64,000 nt of DNA from positions 4,800,001 through 4,864,000 of the forward strand of contig OZ244587.1 of the NCBI GenBank assembly GCA_965218095.1. The letters run 5' to 3'. The notes beneath the pieces are model-generated. The model searched no databases and had not been told where the DNA came from. It was given only the letters and a program-made list of their open reading frames with translations. Shown here in pieces: positions 28,264-38,506 of the stretch. This DNA is from Candidatus Poribacteria bacterium. GTDB taxonomy: Bacteria; Poribacteria; WGA-4E; PCPOR2b. Position 1 is the first letter of the stretch. Each line of letters starts with the position of its first letter. The position numbers and the translations under genes are program-made.

Positions 28264-29514
28264 CTATTTCCCTTCGTTTCCTCCTTCCATTCTGCTACTC
28301 TTCCTCTTGTCTCCTTGTCCTTCTGTTATCCGTCCTAAGACACGGCACTTCGTGGCTGAAAGGATTTCGTACCGGACACCGCCCCATACAATCTTGTTCT
28401 GAAATAGGGCATACAGTGTGTTCAGACCCGCGACACACATGGATATGGGGGTAACAAGCGAGGTCATCCGGATGCTTTCGCGCATCTTGGGCATATCTCT
28501 CAGCCAACGGGGCAGGTTTCGGGTGAAGAAACGGTAATTCTGAATCTCAATAAATGGAACAAGGAGAACAGGGAGTAGCCGATCGGAATAGAATATAAAC
28601 GCGATTGAACCAAACACAAGCAAAACTTTGGGCAGAAGCACGAGCAGGGCGCCTGCCCATTGTGTTTTAAGCCCCATCCGGAAGGTCATCACCATTTGCC
28701 GGTTGGTAAACTCCATGATCTGCTTCCACGTACGTTTTTCGGTGTGCGTAACCGCAACGCAATCAGGGACAAAATGAACCTTGAGTTTCAAGTCTCTCAC
28801 CGCATGCGTCAAATTGTGATCTTCAATGGGGGCGTTTTCCCAGCGTTGCAACACCTTGCCTTTCTCAAAAGATTCGCGGCGGATTGCATTGGAGCCGCCC
28901 CAAACCATAGCGAGTGGGTGATCGCCCTGTAACGCAATCTGGAAGTTAACCCAGATCGCCTCGACAAGCGACGCTGCGTTCAGGGTATGTGGGTAATAAA
29001 ATCTTGCCCCCACTGTTGCACCGATTTTCTTATCCTGGAGCGGTTGGACGAGCAGTGTCAGCCAATTTCTCTGAATTGTTGCATCCGCATCAACAAAGGC
29101 GATAACTTCAACATCATCTGGAAATGCCAAGATTGCTGTCATCAGATTCTGCACTTTCTGCGAACGTGGCAAGGAGTTATCTATGATATTTGGCGCCAAT
29201 AGCACATGTGCGTTGGGGTGCGCTTCGGCGATTTCAAGGAGATGTGTGTAAGACACATCGTAGCCCAATTCCCCGTTCGCGTGTGTGACGAAAAACACTT
29301 CATATGTCCCCGCATAATCCTGATCCAATAGCTGTTTGACATTCTCCGCTGTCTGAGCGTCCCAACCGTAGTGCGGTGCGATGATGGCAACCTTTGGCGT
29401 ATAACCGGGTCTTTCCGTTCTTCTTTCTCGACGTGCGTACAGGAATGAGTTGATGATCAGCAGAATTTCAAGGATGAGGAGGAAATAAACCGTTCCAATG
29501 ATGTATGAAACCAT
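28264..29514 (-). CDS. GT2/GT21 glycosyltransferase (HpnI/ceramide glucosyltransferase-like)
   Basis: SQKVQNL, FVDADA, WGGSNAIRR, EDHNL, NRQ; N- and C-terminal TM helices. Confidence 0.82.
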   Translation of the reverse strand: MVSYIIGTVYFLLILEILLIINSFLYARRERRTERPGYTPKVAIIAPHYGWDAQTAENVKQLLDQDYAGTYEVFFVTHANGELGYDVSYTHLLEIAEAHPNAHVLLAPNIIDNSLPRSQKVQNLMTAILAFPDDVEVIAFVDADATIQRNWLTLLVQPLQDKKIGATVGARFYYPHTLNAASLVEAIWVNFQIALQGDHPLAMVWGGSNAIRRESFEKGKVLQRWENAPIEDHNLTHAVRDLKLKVHFVPDCVAVTHTEKRTWKQIMEFTNRQMVMTFRMGLKTQWAGALLVLLPKVLLVFGSIAFIFYSDRLLPVLLVPFIEIQNYRFFTRNLPRWLRDMPKMRESIRMTSLVTPISMCVAGLNTLYALFQNKIVWGGVRYEILSATKCRVLGRITEGQGDKRKSSRMEGGNEGK

Positions 29515-29799
29515 AGCGTGAAACGTGAAACGTAGTTATGAGTAGATACAGTTGCATTTTATAGAATGCAACCACTGGAGTTGTACACCGCCGAAAAATT
29601 ACCGCTGCAATTCCCGAAAAATATAGGCAATCCATTAGCAGCTTTCCACTATAACGGCGTCTCATCTTAACATAAGATGCAAATATGGTCAACACAAAAA
29701 ATACGTTCATGTAAGGATATATAGGCTGCCTGATTACGTTTCACGTTTCAATATCACGCATCAGCATCGCTATATCGGGCAAGTCCCATAAAAACGTAT

Positions 29800-30090
29800 A
29801 CGCATCTTGAGTTTGTCGCAGCCGAGGGGTAAATCCACTTTTGGACGCCAGTAAATAGAAGCGGTAGTTCCTTGCTTCATAAATGCGCTCAATTGGCGGT
29901 GGATAAACCGCATCCAAAAGACAATAAATAGATCATTGATTTTGTAACGGCTTTTCTTAGATCTCCAGGATTTTTCGGTGACAGGCGCCTCACGTTCAAC
30001 CAGATCAAAAACCTCAGACAATTCCCTCATATACTTCGAGAAGCTCGTGGCACGAATACCTGTGGGACCAGAGATTTCAGACAAAGGAGA
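29800..30090 (-). pseudogene. Fragment of AAA ATPase/DUF234 family protein
   Basis: SKYMREL..FDLVERE.PVT...SRYKINDLFIVFWMRFI; ATPase core absent. Confidence 0.65.
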
Positions 30091-30140
30091 AAAGTCCAAT
30101 GATGCAGGCATTTAACTGGAAAGGCGGTCTGTTGGCGCTG

Positions 30141-30455
30141 TGATCACCCGACGGGAGGCAGATTGCGTTTTCAAGGTTCGATGGGGAGGCCTATAATCTT
30201 TATGTCATAGATGTTGCGGGCAAAAATCTGAGGCAAATCACCAACAGCAACATATCGGAATTATTCCCAAGCTGGTCGCCGGATGGCAAAAAGATCGTAT
30301 TTGTGGTCGTGCCGGATTTAGCTGCTGTGGCGGATGCGCATTTTTCCACTATCGATTTGACCACCCACAAGGTTGAACGATTAGCCGATGCCTCCGGCTT
30401 CAGCTTCTTCGATGGTGGACCAAAGTGGTCACCTGGCGGACTTTCGAGGGCTTGA
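30141..30455 (+). pseudogene. TolB-like PD40 beta-propeller fragment
   Basis: *SPDGRQIAF, PSWSPDGKKIVF and PKWSPG repeats; no start codon, W->TGA. Confidence 0.75.
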
Positions 30456-30509
30456 TCCCAATAGAATTCGATGTGCAGTCCCCCATATTTTCCCACGCGG
30501 GTGAATTTT

Positions 30510-31553
30510 CTACCCGCTGAGGACTTCACGCTCTCGATCTGCACCCGATAATGGCAACTCAGTCCATCCGGCGTTGCGGGCGTGTGAGGCATGGAAACCA
30601 ACGATGGCTTCCAGCGTATGGACGGCTTCCTCGGTTGGGTACGGGAATGGGGCGCTGCCATCGAGCCAAGCCACAATTTCTGCGACCGCTCGGTCCATGT
30701 CGGTCGTTTCATCGCCGGGTCTGGACCAATGTTCCTGACCGCCCCCCCAATATTCAAGCGTCACACTGCTGCCGTCGGAGATCGCTCTACCTTCAGTGCC
30801 ATTGAAGGTCATCTGTCCTGGAACTTTAGCGTAGTCTGCCGCATCCACCGTGACCATGACCCCGCCGTCTAATCGCACCAGCCCCCAGCCGCCGGGATCG
30901 CGAAATTGTGGGCCACGGCAGTCGGGTCTGCCGGAAAGATCTAGCGTGGCAGAGACTGCGTGGACTTCTCGGGCAGTCAGCATGAGAAGGGCGTCAATCA
31001 TGTGGGTGCCGACGTTTCCCAGTCTGCCAGAGCCCCACTGCAAAGAAACGGAGGTCAGTTCACCTAAACCATCTGCGGCGACAAGATCTCGCAGCCGGCG
31101 GTTGTTGAGGTTGAACCGGCGTTGGTGATTGATTACTAGAAGCACGCCGTTTTTGTCGCATGCCTTGACCATTTGTTCTGCATCGGGGAGCCGGGTCGCT
31201 ATCGGCTTTTCACAGTAGATGGCACGAACCCCCTGCTCGGCACATGCGATGGTGATTTCTGCATGGATTGGAGCATAGGTTGCCACACTAACGATGTCGA
31301 GTTCCTCTTGAGCCAGCATCTTGTTCCAGTCGGAATAGGTAAGTGCGTCCGTGCGCTGGGCGAAACGTTCTCGCCGTCCGGCATCACGGCTGCTGCCGGC
31401 GACCAGATCGACGTGAGGATGGTTGGACAGCGCGTCGAGGTGCGTACCATTAAGGTCAATGACACGCTGATGGAGAGCATCGCCGGAAACCTGATCCGCT
31501 CCGCCGATAAAACCGAGTCCGATGATGCCTGCCCGATAGGTTGAGTTGGTCAT
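30510..31553 (-). CDS. Gfo/Idh/MocA family oxidoreductase
   Basis: GIIGLGFIG, CEKPIA, NHQRRF, GTHMID. Confidence 0.92.
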   Translation of the reverse strand: MTNSTYRAGIIGLGFIGGADQVSGDALHQRVIDLNGTHLDALSNHPHVDLVAGSSRDAGRRERFAQRTDALTYSDWNKMLAQEELDIVSVATYAPIHAEITIACAEQGVRAIYCEKPIATRLPDAEQMVKACDKNGVLLVINHQRRFNLNNRRLRDLVAADGLGELTSVSLQWGSGRLGNVGTHMIDALLMLTAREVHAVSATLDLSGRPDCRGPQFRDPGGWGLVRLDGGVMVTVDAADYAKVPGQMTFNGTEGRAISDGSSVTLEYWGGGQEHWSRPGDETTDMDRAVAEIVAWLDGSAPFPYPTEEAVHTLEAIVGFHASHARNAGWTELPLSGADREREVLSG

Positions 31554-31680
31554 AGGTTTCTTCTCCTCCTGAGCCTATCAATAATTTATTGTCTAATAGA
31601 TATGACTTTTTCAGTTATGGCGGAAAATCAGGAAGATTTCGCCTCCAACCGCTAAGTGAAAAACTCGTATAATAGAGGCT

Positions 31681-31750
31681 TTGCGAAGAATCTCCCCGAT
31701 GGATCGGGACTGTTTAGCAACAAAGATCCTTCACTCCACTCAGGATGACA
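31681..31750. repeat. GTCATCCTGAG..GAAGGATCT-type palindromic repeat doublet
   Basis: GCGAAGAATCTC ... AGATCCTTCACTCCACTCAGGATGACA; related to the core of the 26444/32868 repeats. Confidence 0.55.
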
Positions 31751-31763
31751 TTTTATTGCCTCG

Positions 31764-32699
31764 CTAACCGACTTGATTGAGCAATTCCGCCTGCGCGTTC
31801 AACACCGCTTCGACCGACAATTGTTCGCTTGCCGTGGCGGTGCTGCATTTCATTCCAATGAATATCGGTTGCGGGCTCGACGCCAGCAGAGAAGCGCAAG
31901 CTGTTGCGTCCGCGGCAGTGAAACCACTTTCGGGGTCAAGATGCGAATTATGGGAGTCCATGAATCCATTTTCGGAAGCACCGGCTCCGGACAAAATCAC
32001 GCCCGCCAGCGGCGCCTCTGATTCCAAAATTTGGTTGATGCTCGATAGCGGTGCGTCGCCGTTGATCAGAAGGCGTCCCCAGTTCACCATTAAGGAGATG
32101 GGATGCCCCGGCGCAGACTCTCGATTTACGACAGTTAGAGTCTGGATAAGAGAAGGCAGCGTCAGTGAAGCCTTCTTGGCGGCAGGAAAAGGTATGGGAT
32201 GATCCGGAGGGAGGCTATCCGTTACTTCCGCTGCCAGCGTGCAGTCGAGTAGGACAGCGGCAACTAACTCGCGCAAATCGACTAAGCTGCGATAGAACGC
32301 GATGGCGTGCGGGATTGTATCTCCGGAACGTCTCCCAGTCTGCACGACCACATTGCGGATGCGGACGCCTTGTTCGGACAGCGATAGGCACTGCTGCAAG
32401 ACTGAACATGTATCGAGCACCGCTGCTTGACGAGACGATTCCTCCAGCGAGGAAAAACCGTACGCCGGATTCTTCTGTCCTGCCGTCGCCCACTGCGCCA
32501 CGAGAGTGACCACGAGTGAAGCGGGTATTTCTGCAAATGCATCAACCAATTCCGGCGCTAACGGTATACCAGCGAGAACCGGAATTTCAAAAGTGTTTAT
32601 GTCCCATTCGCGCGCCGCTTTGCGATACCAGCCGGCTTGTTCGACTGGTGTAAGCGACCCAACGGAGGCATACGCCCCTAAAACTTTTTCGACAATCAT
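31764..32699 (-). CDS. DUF4862-like TIM-barrel protein
   Basis: LGAYAS start, VNWGRLLI, LAGVILSGA, DSH and IGMK motifs. Confidence 0.6.
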   Translation of the reverse strand: MIVEKVLGAYASVGSLTPVEQAGWYRKAAREWDINTFEIPVLAGIPLAPELVDAFAEIPASLVVTLVAQWATAGQKNPAYGFSSLEESSRQAAVLDTCSVLQQCLSLSEQGVRIRNVVVQTGRRSGDTIPHAIAFYRSLVDLRELVAAVLLDCTLAAEVTDSLPPDHPIPFPAAKKASLTLPSLIQTLTVVNRESAPGHPISLMVNWGRLLINGDAPLSSINQILESEAPLAGVILSGAGASENGFMDSHNSHLDPESGFTAADATACASLLASSPQPIFIGMKCSTATASEQLSVEAVLNAQAELLNQVG

Positions 32700-32867
32700 T
32701 AGTAATGTCCTTTCAATAGATTGTGCTATCACTAAATTTGTGAGAATCCGCACCATCACTGAATCTGTACCTGAAGTGCAAAACGTGAAATGTGAAGAAT
32801 CTCACGCCTCACACGCAACGCCGTGAGGTTCATCTCCCCAAGAGACTGGATCTCCTCAACTATTTCG

Positions 32868-32996
32868 TGAACTCATTGCGGGTAGTTTCTTGGAAGTCTA
32901 ATAGAGTGCAGCGAAGAATCTCCTCGTTAAGGTGCAAGCAATCCTTTACTTCGCTTAGGACGATAGGAGAAGAGCGCATTTTACTCGCTATAATTT
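32868..32996 (-). repeat. ~130-bp dispersed repeat, copy B
   Basis: Inverted homology to 26444-26572. Confidence 0.8.
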
Positions 32997-33014
32997 CGTG
33001 ATAGAACAGAGATT

Positions 33015-34091
33015 TCATTTTTTACGGGACCTCCATATCGGAAGTCCTATCCCGTTGTGAGCGCCCCTCCCTTCATACATACTAAAACCCAGGACAAGGA
33101 GGAGCACCGTGGCTTGTGTCACCCATGTCAATTTTGAGGGAACTTGGGCGACCATCTGCATCTCCTCAGATCCGGCTTGCAACATGCCGAAAAGCAACGC
33201 CGAAAAGATGACGCCAATCGGGTGAAGCCGCCCGAGTAGTGCAACAGCGATTGCAGTGTATCCGTAGCCGGGCGCGTTCTGATAAAGTCGATGCGGGCTG
33301 AGTCCCGTCAATTCAATTGCGCCCGCCAATCCCGCTAACCCGCCGCTGATTAGCATGGCGATGATGATATTTCGGGAGACGCTAATGCCCGCTGTTCGTG
33401 CAGCGATCTGGTTCTGTCCGACAGCGCGAACTTGATAACCAAGCACCGTGCGAAACAGAATCCAGTACAGAACCACTGCGATGATAAGTGCAAGGAGAAT
33501 CCCCAGATGGAACCGGTTGTGAGGAATCCACGCTTTCGGAAGCAAGCGAGGGAGCAGGGCGTTCGCCGCAATCCTTTCGCTTTGTTGATATGACCGGGTT
33601 GCTTCTTGCAGCGGCCCCCCGTCAATGAAGTAGCGCACCAACTCAAGGGCAATGAAGTTGAGCATAATTGTGCTGATGACTTCTGCCACACCGCGGTGAG
33701 CCTTGAGTAAGCCTGCGATTGTCCCCCAGAATCCTCCGGCGATAAACCCCGACACAAGGATCAGGGGGATAAAAAAAATGGGCGGCAGGTTGGTGATTGA
33801 TGTGCCGATCCAAGTTGTGATGAGTGTGCCGATGAGGTATTGGCCTTCGGCGCCGATGTTCCAGACACCACACCGGAACGCGAATGCAACAGCTAACCCT
33901 GTCAAGAGCAGTGGACAGGTTTTCACAAATGTTTCCGTCACCTCCCGCATGCCTCCCAACGCCCCCTGATACATGGCGACAAACGCCTTGATCGGTTGAT
34001 AACCGCACACAAGCATAATCAGCGCGTTGATGAGTAGTGCTAAGAGGATGATGAGAATTGGAAAAAGGATCTGGGTTGGTTTGATGCGCAT
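33015..34091 (-). CDS. ABC transporter permease (nucleoside/BMP-associated type)
   Basis: WNIGAEGQ, EVISTIMLN, RAVGQN..AARTAGI, GYGYTAIAVALLG. Confidence 0.92.
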   Translation of the reverse strand: MRIKPTQILFPILIILLALLINALIMLVCGYQPIKAFVAMYQGALGGMREVTETFVKTCPLLLTGLAVAFAFRCGVWNIGAEGQYLIGTLITTWIGTSITNLPPIFFIPLILVSGFIAGGFWGTIAGLLKAHRGVAEVISTIMLNFIALELVRYFIDGGPLQEATRSYQQSERIAANALLPRLLPKAWIPHNRFHLGILLALIIAVVLYWILFRTVLGYQVRAVGQNQIAARTAGISVSRNIIIAMLISGGLAGLAGAIELTGLSPHRLYQNAPGYGYTAIAVALLGRLHPIGVIFSALLFGMLQAGSEEMQMVAQVPSKLTWVTQATVLLLVLGFSMYEGRGAHNGIGLPIWRSRKK

Positions 34092-34211
34092 TCGGATGGA
34101 GGCAATGCGGTAGGAAAAACGGATGTGTGAAACGTTGTAATGCGTAATGCGTAAAACCGTGACGTAATACGCAATACGATGCGTTGATTTGTGGATTTGG
34201 CGATTCTACTG

Positions 34212-35258
34212 CTATTCAACAACCCATGTATCGCCTGCATTGAGCAACGCCTCCAGATCGCCTTCTCCCATCCGCTGTTTGGCGGTGTCTATCTGTTGTG
34301 TCATCATATCTTCGTAACAAGGATGTTCAACGCTACGAAAGATGCCGATCGGATGGGGCAAGTCTGGAACTTCAGTCATACGGCTGAGGAAGTATGCCAA
34401 TGTCCGATCTTCGGCAAACTGATCATGGGTAATAAGATTGTCGAGGGTGTTTGTGCCGTCGATCAAGGAAACAACCTCTGGCTGAAATCCGTTCGGGCAG
34501 ATGCCTTTGTCACGTTCCTTCCCAAAGACGAGCGGTTCGCCATGTTCGAGAAACATCGTATTCTCAGCTTTCGTTTCCTTTTCGGTGTACGTGAAGAATG
34601 CACCGTCATTGTATATGTTACAGTTCTGGTAGATTTCGATGAACGAGGTGCCCTTGTGTTCAAACGCTGCCTTGATGACACTTCGCAGATGCTCGGGATC
34701 TCTGTCGAGTGAACGGGCAACAAAGGTTGCTCCAGAAGCAAGTGCAAGGCTAATCGGATTGAAGGGATTGTCGATTGAACCCATCGGCGTTGAATAGGTT
34801 TTTTTGCCTTGCTCGGAAGTCGGGGAATATTGCCCTTTCGTCAGTCCATAGATGCGGTTGTTGAACAGTAGCACGTTGATGTCGAGATTACGACGCATCA
34901 TGTGAATGAAGTGGTTGCCCCCGATCGACAACGCATCACCATCGCCGGTGATCACCCAGACTGAGAGATCAGAGTTGGCAGTTTTTACGCCTGCAGCAAT
35001 GGTTGGTGCACGCCCATGAATGGTATGAAAGCCGTAAGTATTCATATAATATGGGAAACGGCTTGAGCAGCCAATCCCAGAGATAAAGACAAAGTCTTCC
35101 TTCGGAATGCCCAGGTCCGGCAAAATCCGTTGGGTTTGGGCAAGAATTGAGTAATCTCCGCAGCCTGGGCACCAGCGGACATCTTGATCGGAGGTAAAAT
35201 CTTTCTTAGTTAGCGTCGGAACAGCTCCCGGTATTGGAGTGGCGGTTCTGTTTTTCAT
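34212..35258 (-). CDS. korB: 2-oxoacid:ferredoxin oxidoreductase subunit beta
   Basis: WCPGCGD, SGIGCSSR, GDGDALSIGGNH TPP motif. Confidence 0.93.
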   Translation of the reverse strand: MKNRTATPIPGAVPTLTKKDFTSDQDVRWCPGCGDYSILAQTQRILPDLGIPKEDFVFISGIGCSSRFPYYMNTYGFHTIHGRAPTIAAGVKTANSDLSVWVITGDGDALSIGGNHFIHMMRRNLDINVLLFNNRIYGLTKGQYSPTSEQGKKTYSTPMGSIDNPFNPISLALASGATFVARSLDRDPEHLRSVIKAAFEHKGTSFIEIYQNCNIYNDGAFFTYTEKETKAENTMFLEHGEPLVFGKERDKGICPNGFQPEVVSLIDGTNTLDNLITHDQFAEDRTLAYFLSRMTEVPDLPHPIGIFRSVEHPCYEDMMTQQIDTAKQRMGEGDLEALLNAGDTWVVE

Positions 35259-37093
35259 ACATCACCTCTTAACAACTCATCGATTTTAGATTCAACTTCA
35301 AATACATGGAACGGTTGTCCTTGGATCTTATTGAGGCCAATGGCATCTATCAGATACTCTGCACGAATCAGTAGGCGCAACTGCCCCAGGTTAAGTTCAG
35401 GAATGAGCACCTTGTTGAACCTCCTCATAATGTCGCCAAGCTCTCTTGGAAGGGGGTTGAGGTAGCGGAGATGCACATGCGAAACCGATTCGCCTTCTTC
35501 CTGTTTATATTCAACGGCTGTTCTAACCACACCGTAGGTTCCACCCCAACTCAACACGAGGAGCTCGCCGCTAGACTCACCAAAGGTTTCGGTGGGTGGG
35601 ATATCGTTCACGATGCGGGCGACCTTTTCTGCTCTAAGATGAACCATCTGCTCATGGTTTTCCGGATCATAACTGACATTTCCTGAGATGTTCTCTTTCT
35701 CCAAACCGCCAATCCGATGTTCCAGGCCGGGGGTGCCCGGGATTGCCCAGGGACGTGCTAATGTTATTTCATCCCGCAGATATGGGTCAAATCCATCCCC
35801 ATCTGTTTGGAAATCCACGTCAATTGCCGGTAAGTCCGATGCCTTCGGAATGGACCAGGGTTCAGCACCAAAGCCGATGTAAAGATCCGACATGAAAATC
35901 ACCGGCGTCATGTATTTGACAGCAATTCGGCAGGCTTCATAGACAGTTTCAAAGCAATCGGAGGGACGCGAAGCGGTAATCACGGGAATTGGGGATTCGC
36001 CGTTTCGTCCGTAAAACATCTGTAGAAGATCTGCTTGTTCGGTCTTCGTTGGCATCCCTGTCGAGGGACCTGCTCTTTGGATATTGCAGACAACGATTGG
36101 CAATTCCGCAATCACGGCGAGGTTAATCGCTTCCGCTTTGAGGGCAATGCCTGGGCCACTACTGCCGGTGGCACCCAACGCACCACTAAACGCGGCACCA
36201 ATTGCAACGCCAACCGCCGCGATTTCGTCTTCCATCTGCATCGTTTTGACCCCGAAATTCTTGTATCTCGCCAATTCGTGGAGAATCGCGCTTGCGGGCG
36301 TAATCGGGTAACTGCCGTAAACCAGCGGTAATCCAGACTTTTGAGAGGCGGCAACCAGCCCCAGTGCTGTCGCCATATTCCCTTCGATATTGCGATATTT
36401 CCCTGCTGCAAACGTTGCTGGTTTGACTTCATAAGAAGTCGCAAACTGCTCCGTGGCTTCACAGTAAATGTTGCCTGCCCGCAACGCAATGGTGTTGGCT
36501 TCGATGTATTGCGGTTTTGTGGCAAACTTCTCCCTCAGCCATCGTAAAGTATAGTCCGTCGGGCGGTTATACATCCAACACACCATCCCAAGCGCGAAGA
36601 AGTTCTTACACCGATCTATTTCGCGTTGACTCAGACCTGTGTCTTTCAACGCTTCTCTTGTGAGGCGGGTCAGTTCGACTGGAAAGACCTGAAATTTGGT
36701 CAACGAACCGTCTTCGAGCGGATTGCTATTATATCCAGCTAACCTGAGGTTTCGCTGTGCAAAATTATCTGTATTGATAATAAGAATACCGTTCGGTTTG
36801 AGTTGATCAATGTTGACCTTCAATGCCGCTGGATTCATTGCGACGAGGACATCACAAGTATCACCGGGAGTGTGAATCATTGCACTGGAAAAGTGGAGTT
36901 GAAAACCTGATATGCCTGCCAACGAACCGGCCGGAGCGCGAATTTCCGCGGGGTAATCTGGAAGCGTTGCGAGGTCGTTTCCTGCGACTGCAGAAGCCTC
37001 GGTCATTTGCGTCCCGATTGTCTGCGAACCATCACCGGAGTCGCCAGCAAACATAATCGTAGCTTCCTCGATAGTTTGCACCCGTTTTCTCAT
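35255..37093 (-). CDS. korA: 2-oxoacid:acceptor oxidoreductase subunit alpha
   Basis: FAGDSGDG, YPAEIRAP, YPITPAS, EDEIAA, GPSTGMPTK. Confidence 0.93.
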   Translation of the reverse strand: MRKRVQTIEEATIMFAGDSGDGSQTIGTQMTEASAVAGNDLATLPDYPAEIRAPAGSLAGISGFQLHFSSAMIHTPGDTCDVLVAMNPAALKVNIDQLKPNGILIINTDNFAQRNLRLAGYNSNPLEDGSLTKFQVFPVELTRLTREALKDTGLSQREIDRCKNFFALGMVCWMYNRPTDYTLRWLREKFATKPQYIEANTIALRAGNIYCEATEQFATSYEVKPATFAAGKYRNIEGNMATALGLVAASQKSGLPLVYGSYPITPASAILHELARYKNFGVKTMQMEDEIAAVGVAIGAAFSGALGATGSSGPGIALKAEAINLAVIAELPIVVCNIQRAGPSTGMPTKTEQADLLQMFYGRNGESPIPVITASRPSDCFETVYEACRIAVKYMTPVIFMSDLYIGFGAEPWSIPKASDLPAIDVDFQTDGDGFDPYLRDEITLARPWAIPGTPGLEHRIGGLEKENISGNVSYDPENHEQMVHLRAEKVARIVNDIPPTETFGESSGELLVLSWGGTYGVVRTAVEYKQEEGESVSHVHLRYLNPLPRELGDIMRRFNKVLIPELNLGQLRLLIRAEYLIDAIGLNKIQGQPFHVFEVESKIDELLRGDV

Positions 37094-37177
37094 TCCATCC
37101 TTCTTTCTATTATAATCGTTGTATGTTCTTTCGAAGCCCTTGATGTAATATCATAAAATTAGGCACAAACGTCCCGT

Positions 37178-37717
37178 CTACGCACCTTCACGGGCTTTCA
37201 TCGCATCACGAATAGGTTTCGGTGGCAGGGTCAACACTTCTTGGGGAAAATGCTCGACAAGATAAGAGATAATATGACGAATGGACACCATCCCAACCGG
37301 CTGATTCTGTTCATTCACGATGGGTATATGGCGGTAGCCACCCTTCGCCATATATAAAATTGCTGTGTCAAGCGAATCCCCAATATACGCGGTCTGCGGG
37401 TCGACTTTCATAAAGTGTTCGACAGGAATCTGTGTTAAATCGCCTACTGACTTGTTCAAAATTTGCGTCAGCACATCCCGCTCACCGAAAATCCCTCTGA
37501 GGACATCATCAGATACAACAAGGATTGCACCGACCTTATTGGCGACCATTAAATCAATCGCGGCTTGTATACTTGCGCCCATCTCAATCGTAACAGGCGG
37601 GTCCATCAAAGAACTCAGCGGCACCTGGATTTCGTGTGGCTTCAAGGTTTTTGACGGCTCATCGGGCATTCCCTCCATGATAGCTAGTTCCTCATCCACA
37701 ACTTCTTCATAAAGCAT
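37178..37717 (-). CDS. CBS domain protein
   Basis: GIFGERDV and GYRHIPIV..PVGMVSIR CBS pair. Confidence 0.88.
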   Translation of the reverse strand: MLYEEVVDEELAIMEGMPDEPSKTLKPHEIQVPLSSLMDPPVTIEMGASIQAAIDLMVANKVGAILVVSDDVLRGIFGERDVLTQILNKSVGDLTQIPVEHFMKVDPQTAYIGDSLDTAILYMAKGGYRHIPIVNEQNQPVGMVSIRHIISYLVEHFPQEVLTLPPKPIRDAMKAREGA

Positions 37718-37729
37718 GCTTCACACCTC

Positions 37730-38155
37730 CTAACCAGTCTCTAAAAACGCGGCGACGTGGTTCGCAATATCCTTACTTGAGACAACGCCCACAGGATATC
37801 CACTTTCATCGTCGTCGAAAACGAGCAGAGGGATATGGCGGAAGTGGCCCAGATGCATGAGGTTCAAGGCAAATGCTACCGGATCACTCACACGCAATGA
37901 TTCCGGTGATAGTGTCATAATATCGTCTACCAATACATCGGCGGGGTCCGCGCCCTTTCCGGCAATGTGAACAAGTAAATCCCGGTCTGTGATGATGCCA
38001 ACAAGCTGTTGTTGGTCACCAACGACCAATACACACCCAAATCGCCCCTCTTGCATCAAGTTGATAACCTCCGAAACCGGTGTGCCCGTCTCCACAGTGC
38101 AAGGTTCATTAAGGTTCAGGGTGCTAATCGGTAAAGATAGCGTTTGCGCGTCCAT
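37730..38155 (-). CDS. CBS domain protein
   Basis: LVGIITDRDL and HFRHIPL CBS pair. Confidence 0.88.
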   Translation of the reverse strand: MDAQTLSLPISTLNLNEPCTVETGTPVSEVINLMQEGRFGCVLVVGDQQQLVGIITDRDLLVHIAGKGADPADVLVDDIMTLSPESLRVSDPVAFALNLMHLGHFRHIPLLVFDDDESGYPVGVVSSKDIANHVAAFLETG

Positions 38156-38243
38156 GCTTTTCTCCTTTCAATTTCCAACTCTCGAATCGATCATGTTTCT
38201 TTTGCAAAACTTATGTAAGTGGGTTAGGGGCAATAACGTAGAA

Positions 38244-38272
38244 ATGGTAGCACACACCTCGACATTTTGCAA
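38244..38272 (-). promoter_or_regulatory. Sigma70 promoter of the CBS-CBS-korAB operon
   Basis: TTGCAA-N17-TACCAT with extended -10 TG. Confidence 0.55.
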
Positions 38273-38506
38273 GTTGAAATGGAGCGAAATAGAAATATAC
38301 AAATGAGCAAAGGGACACAGGAGGCCTGATAGGAGGAGGCAAATGTTTGCGAATTTCTAAAACGGATACAATTTACTAAAGTTTGGACAGTGTACTCAAG
38401 TGTCTAAAGTGAGAAGAGATTTTCGCTTTGCGCCATCTTTTCTCCTTAATGAAGCTGATGGCATCTCGGAAGCGTTTCGATCTCCGGGTTAGCGCCTAAC
38501 CATTTT

